Shown here: piece after piece, positions 1 through 7,904 of the stretch
How the letters are laid out: every line of letters starts with the position of its first letter
Position numbering within the stretch: position 1 is the first letter of the stretch
NCBI GenBank assembly: GCA_041641295.1
Contig: JBEPYO010000001.1
Location: forward strand, 1,088,001 to 1,152,000
Source: Nitrososphaerota archaeon
Lineage (GTDB): Archaea > Thermoproteota > Nitrososphaeria_A > Caldarchaeales > Calditenuaceae
Direction: 5' to 3'
DNA: 64,000 nucleotides
Translations under genes and position numbers: made by a program
The notes under the pieces: generated by a model
Told to the model about the DNA's origin: nothing
Databases searched by the model: none
The model's input: the letters and a program-made list of their open reading frames with translations, nothing else

Positions 1-279
1 CTCAGGCTTGGGGTAAACTTAGAAAAGGGTACATATATCCTTTTTCAGAGAAGAGATTTTTGTCTAAAGTTTAGAATCACAAAAGCTATATATAGATAGA
101 CGTAGGAGATCTATTAATCTCCCGTCGTTGGTTTTCATGACGCTAGGTCTTCCCCGTTTTTATGGAGGTTGGGAGTTAACGGATCAAAGTGTAACATTTT
201 CCTCGGTAATAGATGATGTGAGCTTGGCATAGCTTATGTGACCGTTATCCCATGATAGAACTACTAGATACGCTCAGCC

Positions 280-786
280 CTATAAGCCACTTCTTTTTCT
301 TGGGATGAATAGTGCTAGGGCTGTGAGTAGGGATGCTATTAGGAGGCCTTCCGCTGTGAATATTGGGGCATCTAGGCTTGCTATTACTCCATAGTTATAG
401 GGTTCCTCGAGGATTCTGAATGCCAGATATATTGCAGGCTGGCTCTCTACATGCAGCCTGGACTCAAATACCAGTCTGTAGGAGTTTTGTGAGAGGGGCC
501 AGAGTATGGGTGTGTATCCCTCCATGAAGTCTATGAATGTGTGGGAGGCCCATCCTAGGGCTGAGAGCCGGAGAATAGAGCCCAGCAGGACAGCCCTTGG
601 TAGGAGTGATATTAGGGCAAGTATTATGGAGGGGGTGATCGAGTGGGTTATAGATCTGTGCATGAGGAGTAGGACGTCTAGGTCTGGTAGGATGCCTATG
701 ACGCCGAGTAGGAGGCTCCGTCGTAGCCCCAGCCGGAGAATAGAGCCAATGGCGAAAGGAATTGCGAAGTGTAGCACGGGTTCCAT
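280..786 (-). CDS. Membrane-bound metal-dependent hydrolase (YdjM-like)
   Basis: Hydrophobic 168 aa with the LH...LPDLD...HRSITHS...SHTFID motif series typical of this family. Confidence 0.8.
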   Translation of the reverse strand: MEPVLHFAIPFAIGSILRLGLRRSLLLGVIGILPDLDVLLLMHRSITHSITPSIILALISLLPRAVLLGSILRLSALGWASHTFIDFMEGYTPILWPLSQNSYRLVFESRLHVESQPAIYLAFRILEEPYNYGVIASLDAPIFTAEGLLIASLLTALALFIPRKRSGL

Positions 787-1064
787 ACACTATCAGCCCC
801 TCGGTAAGCCGCTACCGCCGGGCCGAAGACTTGGTTCCCGCCTCTCCTTAAAGGTCATTTGCCCGCGCTTTATGAAGCCTATCACTACTATATACGATTG
901 AAGACGCGATCGCTTCTAGTGGCCTCTCTATGGCTGGTGTGGGTGGATTCATGCTTCTTCGAGAAAGGCTTTAGGCTATACCGATACACCCCCCGGGGTG
1001 AGCGTAAGTGCTTTCCCATTGTTCTTTAAACTTCACGGTCACGAGTTTTTATGAGACTATCCTA

Positions 1065-1820
1065 CTACTGGGGCAACATACCCTCAAAATACTTTTCAAT
1101 AGCTTCGCCGCGTAGTTTTTCATAGCTCTCTATGCTTCCCACATCGCACCAGAATGCGTCTGTTATGTAGGCGTGGACAGGCTCACCTTTCATGACAAGA
1201 TGTGGGAGCAAGTGGGACATTATGTCTAGCCTCCTAGTCTTCTCGCCGAGATGCCGGAGCTCCTCCAACGCCCTCTCTTCTAGTGCCAGTATACCGATGC
1301 CCACCAGCATATCTAGCTGGGGCTTCTCCCTAACCCCCACTATCCTCGTCCCCTGGACCTCAACCACGCCAACCGGGAGCTGGTATTTCGCGGACACCGC
1401 TAGCGTCGCGGTGGCCCGCGTCTCCCCGTGTTGCCGGAGCATATCAGTCAAGTCAATGTTTGAGAGTATGTCGCCGTAATAGATAAGGATGGTGTTTTGG
1501 CTCAACATTCCCTGTAGATATGCGTTGAGGAGTGCTCCACCAGTTCCCGCGAAATCGGGGCTATCGCGCACATAGCTGATCTTTACGCCGAAGCGACTTC
1601 CGTCATCGAAGTAGTTCTCGATCTGCTCATGCTTGTATCCTACAAGCAGAGTTATGTCTTTTACGCCATGGCGGTGTAGGAGCCGGATAATGTATTCGAG
1701 GAGAGGTTTCTGTCTTCTGCCGATCGGGATCATACCCTTCTGAAAATAGTATGTTAGGGGGCGTAGCCTAGTACCCTCTCCGCCGCAAAGAACCACACCT
1801 TGAACTCCACCAGCAGACAA
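1065..1820 (-). CDS. Sugar-phosphate nucleotidyltransferase (NTP_transferase family)
   Basis: LCGGEGTRLRPLT...PKG-like (QKG) signature, GTGGAL, YYGDIL, EKP, WCDVG. Confidence 0.9.
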   Translation of the reverse strand: MSAGGVQGVVLCGGEGTRLRPLTYYFQKGMIPIGRRQKPLLEYIIRLLHRHGVKDITLLVGYKHEQIENYFDDGSRFGVKISYVRDSPDFAGTGGALLNAYLQGMLSQNTILIYYGDILSNIDLTDMLRQHGETRATATLAVSAKYQLPVGVVEVQGTRIVGVREKPQLDMLVGIGILALEERALEELRHLGEKTRRLDIMSHLLPHLVMKGEPVHAYITDAFWCDVGSIESYEKLRGEAIEKYFEGMLPQ

Positions 1821-2293
1821 TCTTTATCCCCCCAAGACAGGAATGAGCCGTTATGAGTGTTTTATTTTTATTGTCCGTGTCATAAAAATATTGCTACCAT
1901 ATAGCTCTCCTGATGTTGGGGCTGGGTGAGACACTCCATCAGCGTGTCGCGCAACTGTTAATTTTTATAGACGCTATAACCGGGCTTTTATCTCAGCCCG
2001 GATGCGATGATTAGTGCAGCCGTGGAGAGCGTCGACGATATAATATGAGGTCGGCTTATGCTTAGGAAGATTCTTCAGCAGATCAACAACATAGGAGCGA
2101 AACATACCAAGGAAAAGGGCTCATAGACATAGATAGAATAACGAGAATATACCCAGCTCACCTCCCGCTAGACCGCATCAGCGACACACCCCTTTACTAA
2201 CGCTATGATGTTGGAGGACCAGATGCTGAATCTGCCCAAAAAATCTCTATGGGGTGACGATTTCGCGTGTGTCCTACCCAAGCCCACCGTCTA

Positions 2294-2356
2294 TTATCTC
2301 TTCCGAGATCTTCCAGCCCCTTTCTTTCTGGTTCTAACTTTCTTCCTCCTCGACAT
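2294..2356 (-). CDS. Putative 20-aa Arg/Lys-rich microprotein (MSRRKKVRTRKKGAGRSRKR)
   Basis: Read directly; GAGG a few nt before ATG, TTTATA-like box ~35 nt upstream, tandem TAA TAG stops; below the ORF-track length cutoff. Confidence 0.45.
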   Translation of the reverse strand: MSRRKKVRTRKKGAGRSRKR

Positions 2357-2565
2357 GTTTCCTCGTTAGATATAGAGTTTGGATGTATAAAATATTATTG
2401 ATTTAGAATCGTTGTGAGGGTTACATATATCAGACACTACGCCTCTACGCTGGTATGCAATCTTCTTCAGGTCTCAACTCCACAGGTAATTACTCGTGCA
2501 TGTTGGACTCTAGGTTATGCGGAGTCTGTGGAGTTATTCTGGAACATCTAATCGCTCTTGGTAGA

Positions 2566-3863
2566 CTACTCTCTGATCCCCAAGCTCCTGCGAAGTGAGA
2601 GTGACATAGTCTTCAATCTATCCTCATCTCCCGCCAGGTGCGCTGAGAGTGCTTCCACGATCATCTTGACATCCTTTTTGTCAAGCTCCTTCTTCTTTAG
2701 GAACTTGGAGACCCCCTTCCAACCTTTCTTTGCTATGGTTCGTGTGAGGCCTGGCATTAGGGCCTCGGACACAGCCAGTCTCAGGGCTTGGTCGCGGTGG
2801 ATGTGCTGTGAAGCCCTCTCGACAGCTGCTCTCAAGTCCAAGCGGACCTTGACCGGTTTGAACCTATTCTTAACAGACTCTGGGAGGGCATCGTATATCG
2901 ACCTATGTGTCAGAAGTGCTGTTTGATAGGGTAGCCCCGCGGCCTCGCTGAACTCGATGAACCCTTATGGTTCCTCTCCACGCCCACCCTCCGAATCCTA
3001 CTCGGACGGACAGCCCTAGTGAGGATTAGGAGCGGAACTCTGTCTAGTAGGCCCAGCTCAAGCCGTATCTCCTCGCAGCGTGTGGTCTCCATGTTATACA
3101 CCTTGCAGTTCCTCCAAGGTAGGCTGGCCGGGATTGCTGAGGGTAGGCCGGGGGCCGAGACCACCTCTTCGTCCAGCAGATAGGCGACTCCAGGCTCAGG
3201 CCCCCTCTCGACCAGCTCATCCAGGAAGATTTCCTCATATAGAGGAGTCTCGACCGCTTGGCCGACGCCATGCTGGTGCTGGCTCATTCTCAGGAAGTCC
3301 TCTAGCACAGTGGACATGTTGATTATGAAGGCTTCCCTCTCCGTCTCATTAGCGAAGCTGAACCTCTCCGAGAGTATTACTGAAGCCAAGTATGCTGTAA
3401 GCTCTGTACCGTTCTCCCTGACCACCCTGACAGCCGCTAGGACTTCTTCAACTGTTAGACCCATGCCCTTAACAATCCTGGAGAACCAGTCAGGAACTCT
3501 AGAAGTGGCAACATCTTCCCGCCCTGATGGTTCAGCCCCGCCAGCAGACCCGTGCCGGCTTTCCTCGATCTCGTTGAGAGCCCTCATCAAGCCGGAAGGG
3601 ACTATCCGCCCCGTCCGCGAGGTCGAGGCAGGCCGCCCTCTAGACCTCCACCAACCCCCAACAAAAATATGTGTAGTCGCGATGAACAGCACTATGGAAA
3701 CAGCTATGATCAGGAGGACAACTAGCCAGTCCCAGGAACTATCGGGAGGCTCCTCTCCCGACAATAGCCAGACAGGCTCGGAGCCTCCAACAGCGGCCAG
3801 TAGTATGGGGGTTTGAGCGAGCCCAGCAATTATGAGGGCGGCGAGTATTGAGACCCATGCCAT
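2566..3863 (-). pseudogene. Membrane-anchored hypothetical protein split by one frameshift (ORFs 2910-3863 and 2566-2841)
   Basis: Signal peptide and TM segment in the first ORF. The frame of the 91-aa ORF stays open upstream to ~2963 (GFIEFSEAAGLPYQTALLTHRSIYDALPESVKNRFKPVKVRLDL...), so one extra base at AAGGGTTC (2959-2966) would fuse them. Confidence 0.55.
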
Positions 3864-3991
3864 TAGCCTGTCCCCACCTCGTGCTATCTATTATCACACT
3901 ACAGAGTCGCTGAGGATGGATAAAAAAGGTTAGAGCCTATACGCGCTCAGCCATGTCAGGTCTTGAGGCTACCCCACCCCTACATACTCTT

Positions 3992-4033
3992 TGCACAACC
4001 CGTGTCACAATCCGCGTCACATTTTGTGTCACA
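3992..4033. repeat. 12-bp-period tandem repeat of (G/T)(T/G)CACA
   Basis: TGCACA 3992, GTCACA 4004, 4016 and 4028; on the minus strand it encodes CDTK-CDAD-CDTG-CAK. Confidence 0.6.
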
Positions 4034-4438
4034 ACTGCTTAAATCTGAGTCTCCGCGTGTCTCTCTCGGACAGTCCTCCAATGGGTCTCCGATGAGGAGG
4101 GCGTCCCCCCAGTCGGGCGATCGATCCAATGAGGCAGGGGATAGCCGAGGCGCCTCCTCCAGGGGCGGTGGAGGAGGCGTAAAGGAGCGGTCGCCCGATA
4201 GCAGAAGAGTCCGCGAAGGCATGGTGCAGTCCCACGCCTCTCGCGGGACGGGCCTCCGCCGCCGGGCTGAGGCCGCGCGCCCATAGAAGACGCGGCTATA
4301 GGTCTGGACAGAGAATATAGACGATGACCATAACCACATCCTTCTCCCCCGATTCTCACCCTAGTATGGGTGACCACCCCATACTCTCGTCATGGGTGGG
4401 GTGGCGGGGGGAGGGGTTTGGCTGGGCTCTGGGCCTTG

Positions 4439-4551
4439 GGACGGCCGCGTGGCTGACCACGCACCCGGACAGCCGCGTGGTTGACGGGTGTGACCCCGAA
4501 GCCATGCATGCCGGGACCGCCACTCCTGGGCAGGACAGCCGCGTGGCTGAC
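4439..4551. repeat. Three copies of a 19-bp quasi-palindromic repeat GGACRGCCGCGTGGYTGAC
   Basis: Copies at 4439-4457, 4467-4485 and 4533-4551, plus a partial GGACGCGTGG at 4552. Confidence 0.8.
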
Positions 4552-4692
4552 GGACGCGTGGAAGGGGACGAGGGATGCCAAATAATTGCCGAAGATATCG
4601 GATGAGCCTTGATGTTTCTGAATGACTGTTCCCTGTGCCACGCTAGCTCCGAGAACTCAGAAGAACTCAGGTTCTCAGGAGATTACTGACGA

Positions 4693-4916
4693 CCGGGGCG
4701 GCAACACCTGATCCGAGGGCGGGTCCGAGGGGGCGTGGAGGCTTCCCGGCTGTTGCCGGCCTCCCCAATATGTCTATGGGGAGGAGAAAATGGTCTCCCG
4801 TCCCTCATCGGACCCGCGCCCCGGGGTTGCAGGGGGGCCTGGTCCCGGGCCTAAGCACGACCCCCCTTCGGGGTCTCGACGCAGGGACCCGCGGACAATC
4901 CGCGGAGCCAGCCGCC
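4693..4916 (+). ncRNA. Candidate GC-rich multi-stem structured RNA upstream of the IS110-like ORF
   Basis: GCGGGTCCGA(4719-28)/TCGGACCCGC(4808-17); hairpins CCGGC/GCCGG, CCTCCCCA/TGGGGAGG, GACCCC/GGGGTC, CCGCGGA/TCCGCGG; G-U pairs fall on the + strand. Confidence 0.5.
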
Positions 4917-4963
4917 AAATCAAAGTGGAAGAACTCGAGGATTAATGGGAGGATGACGAATAG

Positions 4964-5857
4964 GTGATGGGGATGATGCAGACCTCCGTGAGAGCTGTTA
5001 GAAGATTCTACATCGACATACACAGACTAGCTAATAAGAATAGAAAGAATAAGACTGAGGAGAGCTATCACATATACACCATTGATGGTGAGATGTTCGG
5101 CAAGGCGAGGACCTTGATGGATATTACAGCCAAAGAGGGAGACGAGCTCTACGTAGATACAATCCCGATAGAGCTCACAGACGAGTTCATTGAGATGCTG
5201 AGGAGAGGTGTTAGGGTCTTCTATTTGAGAAGACCAACATTGATAGCGAGGAAGAGAAAGGAGTTGGGATTGTCTAAGACTAGTAGAAACGATCTCAGAG
5301 CTATGATGACGCTAGAGCCTAAATGGTTCATAGAAGTCGGTGAAGACTTTCTGGTGATTAGAAGGCTAGCTGCCACGTTCAGAAGTCTATTAAAGACTCA
5401 TGTGAGCCTTTTGAATAGGGCTAAGGCCCTACAGGAGGCTGAGAGGAAGATTCTGATAGATTCTGTCAAGTCCCTCGAGAAATCTATGAGTGATATGGCT
5501 ATGTTGATTGTCGCAGAGGCGGAGAAGAGGATGCCAGCCTACCGTAAAGTGGTCGAAGCTCTAGGAATCTCCGGCGACAACTATCTATTTGCTAAGGAGG
5601 CTCTAGCAGAAATCATGCCATACATTGACAGAAGCACATCGTGTAGAAGGATTATGAAGTTATTAGGCCTCTATAGAGGACATAGAGGTGTTGACAAGTT
5701 CTACAATAAACCGGCTAGGAGCGCTCTTTCCAGACTGACAGCAGCGTTACTGAACAATACATATCACAGAGCAAAGGACGAGGAGAAAATACTGCGAAGA
5801 ATATGGACAACAATAAAACAATCGGAGCCCCAGGAAAGGCTGGGGGCACCGGCCTAG
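4964..5857 (+). CDS. IS110/Nop-like RuvC-fold protein, copy 1 (truncated, no catalytic Ser loop)
   Basis: FYIDIH...LYVDT...GVRVFYL...KTSRNDLRAM mirrors the IS110 DEDD domain (GIDV...E...KTDxxDA); coiled-coil middle; C-terminal LLGLY...YNKPARSAL; AT-richer than its neighbours. Confidence 0.65.
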   Translation: MMGMMQTSVRAVRRFYIDIHRLANKNRKNKTEESYHIYTIDGEMFGKARTLMDITAKEGDELYVDTIPIELTDEFIEMLRRGVRVFYLRRPTLIARKRKELGLSKTSRNDLRAMMTLEPKWFIEVGEDFLVIRRLAATFRSLLKTHVSLLNRAKALQEAERKILIDSVKSLEKSMSDMAMLIVAEAEKRMPAYRKVVEALGISGDNYLFAKEALAEIMPYIDRSTSCRRIMKLLGLYRGHRGVDKFYNKPARSALSRLTAALLNNTYHRAKDEEKILRRIWTTIKQSEPQERLGAPA

Positions 5858-5997
5858 ACAGCAGGGAAAAACCCTAGACGGCCGGTGCCCGAAAAGATAT
5901 AGGTGGTAGAGAAACTCTCTACCGCCCCCTCAATTTATAGCCCGGTCGTCCTTTCCTAGGGGTTCCTAGGTGCTGTCTGGCAGGCCTGCCCCCAGCC
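5838..5997 (+). ncRNA. ~160-nt rod-like hairpin RNA overlapping the 3' end of IS110-like copy 1
   Basis: Nested stems GGCTGGGGGCA/TGCCCCCAGCC, AGACAGCA/TGCTGTCT, CCCTAG/CTAGGG, GACGGCCGG/CCGGTCGTC, GGTGGTAGAG/CTCTACCGCC; homologous to 48358-48516. Confidence 0.7.
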
Positions 5998-6670
5998 AAA
6001 CCCTCCCCTATCTCTCCCTCCCAATTCTTGCCTCACACCAGTATAGGATTCCTTCTCGAGCTTAGCTACTAAGAGAGTATAATCCTACCCACGAGACCCG
6101 GTTAGCTACCCTGCGAGTTTTAGTCTCGCTGAGAAGCCACTGAATTACGCCTAGTCTGTGTCACCTATCAACAACTATTACAGGCTTACCATCACAAATG
6201 TCTAGTACCCTTCTTAAGAATGTTAGGGCAGTGACGATGGGTCTACTCCTGGATGCGTATATGTGTATATAGCTGTTATCTCTCTAAATCCACACCTATT
6301 GCAGACCAACATGTATACTATGCTGCCGTAGACCTTCTCTACAGTCTCGTCTACGACACCCATCCTCCTAGGCCTCCTCTTCGGCCCTGAATAAAATCCT
6401 CAGTCTATGAACCATCTCTAATACTCTCTCTAGCAGCATAATTTCAGAAAATATCTCTCACATATATCCCCAAGGCTAAGATCAGCTATAACAGAACAAC
6501 AGCATACAACCTCTCAGAAGGACTATACCTATTGGTTCAGAACAGTTTGAGAAAGACTATACTACATGGTTCGTTCAAAGATATGCATAACAAAGTGAGA
6601 CAACTACAAGGCCTTGAACTGTCTCTAAAAATCTTAAATAAAAGTTGACAGCACCCTGCAAACCATCCGT

Positions 6671-6707
6671 TAAATATAAATTGAGCGGGCTTCCTTTTTC
6701 AGCCCGC
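6671..6707 (+). promoter_or_regulatory. TATA box and inverted repeat of the aromatic amino acid operon
   Basis: TAAATATAAA at 6671-6680; GCGGGCT-N9-AGCCCGC at 6685-6707 spans the expected transcription start. Confidence 0.6.
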
Positions 6708-6797
6708 ATGAGTAGGGGGAGGGGCGTAGGTCGTAGCTACTTAACACCTCTATGGGGTACTACGACCTATGCCTATTTCTTTGGACCGATTGACTAG
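6708..6797 (+). CDS. Putative aromatic-rich leader peptide MSRGRGVGRSYLTPLWGTTTYAYFFGPID (29 aa)
   Basis: ATG ~28 nt after the TATA box (near-leaderless); 3 Tyr, 1 Trp and 2 Phe codons; double TAG stop; lies inside a structured leader just before the shikimate operon. Confidence 0.65.
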   Translation: MSRGRGVGRSYLTPLWGTTTYAYFFGPID

Positions 6798-6851
6798 TAG
6801 GTCCTCTTCTCCCCCCTCCCCCCTGCTCTGCGGATGTGTGGTGTATGTACC

Positions 6852-7904
6852 ATGTCTAGGTTAGGTGTAGCTATACTCGGAGCGACGGGGATGGTTGGCC
6901 AAATATACGTGCAGATGCTGAGCAAGCATCCATGGTTTGAGATTAGGGCTGTGACGGGGAACTCGACGGTGGGCAAGACGCTCAGAGAGGCTTACCGAGG
7001 CAGGGGCCATGTGCCGGAGAAGTATGCCGACATGGAGGTTCTGCCCTCAGACCCATCTAAGATAGACGCCGACCTGGTCTTCAGCTGTCTTCCAACAAAA
7101 TCTGCCAGAGAGGTTGAGCCCAAGTTCGCAGCTGCCGGCTTCCCGGTTGTAAGCGACTCGTCAGCCCACAGATACCTGCCCGACGTTCCTCTAATCATAC
7201 CGGAGGTAAACCCAGAGCATCTTGACTTGATAGATGCCCAGAAGAGGAGGCGCGGCTGGGACGGCTTCATAGTAACAACTCCCAACTGCACTACCGTCGG
7301 ATTCGCGACCCCCCTCAAACCACTAGCCGATGACTTCGGCCTCAGATACGTCAACGTTGTGACGATGCAGGCGGTCTCGGGGGCGGGCTACAACGGCGTG
7401 CCGTCGATGGCTATCTTGGGAAACATTATCCCCTATATTGAGGGGGAGGAGGCGAAAGTCTCTGAAGAGCCTAGAAAGATTCTGGGCAGGCTGGTTGACG
7501 GTGAGGTTCAGCCCATGGATATTCCAATTGATGCGACCTGTATGAGGGTGCCGACGATTGTAGGCCACCTCGAATCAGTCCAGGTTGAGCTTGGCAGGGA
7601 CGCCTCCGTGGAGGAGGTTGTAGACTCGCTGGCGGGATTTATCGGGCTGCCTCAGAAGCTGGAGCTACCGACCGCGCCTAGACGCCCGATAAATGTTCTC
7701 ACTGATGAGGAGAGGCCTCAGCCTCGGCTGGACGCGGATGCAGGCGAGGTACCGGGGATGGTTATCTCTGTCGGCAGGGTTAGAAAGGGTAGAAAGCCGG
7801 GCACGGTGATGTTCGTCACGTTGAGCCATAACCTTATAAGAGGCGCTGCCGGCGGCGCTATATTGACCGCTGAGCTGCTCTACGCTTTGAGGAGGTTGGA
7901 TTAG
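6852..7904 (+). CDS. asd: Aspartate-semialdehyde dehydrogenase
   Basis: ILGATGMVGQ, PNCTT active-site Cys, QAVSGAG, RVP..GH, HNLIRGAAG; ATG 6852 chosen because it follows a GTGGTG RBS. Confidence 0.95.
   Translation: MSRLGVAILGATGMVGQIYVQMLSKHPWFEIRAVTGNSTVGKTLREAYRGRGHVPEKYADMEVLPSDPSKIDADLVFSCLPTKSAREVEPKFAAAGFPVVSDSSAHRYLPDVPLIIPEVNPEHLDLIDAQKRRRGWDGFIVTTPNCTTVGFATPLKPLADDFGLRYVNVVTMQAVSGAGYNGVPSMAILGNIIPYIEGEEAKVSEEPRKILGRLVDGEVQPMDIPIDATCMRVPTIVGHLESVQVELGRDASVEEVVDSLAGFIGLPQKLELPTAPRRPINVLTDEERPQPRLDADAGEVPGMVISVGRVRKGRKPGTVMFVTLSHNLIRGAAGGAILTAELLYALRRLD

Noticed and set aside
2204-2227. ATGATGT...CTGA as a C/D sRNA
   Set aside because: Only 14 nt between the boxes, no convincing second pair and no terminal stem
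4439-4551. CRISPR or TIGR array
   Set aside because: Only three 19-bp copies with irregular spacing (28 and 66 bp), no cas genes, and no alternating repeat/spacer periodicity
4693-4916. RNase P or SRP RNA
   Set aside because: I could not find the RNase P P4 signatures or the SRP helix 8 motif on either strand; the same applies to 24171-24400
6223-6363. Short minus-strand ORF with CNRCG
   Set aside because: Single CxxC and no recognisable family; likely a decayed fragment
6517-6572. Two-copy repeat GAA(G/A)GACTATAC....TGGTTC
   Set aside because: Only two imperfect copies in AT-rich DNA; too little to call an array
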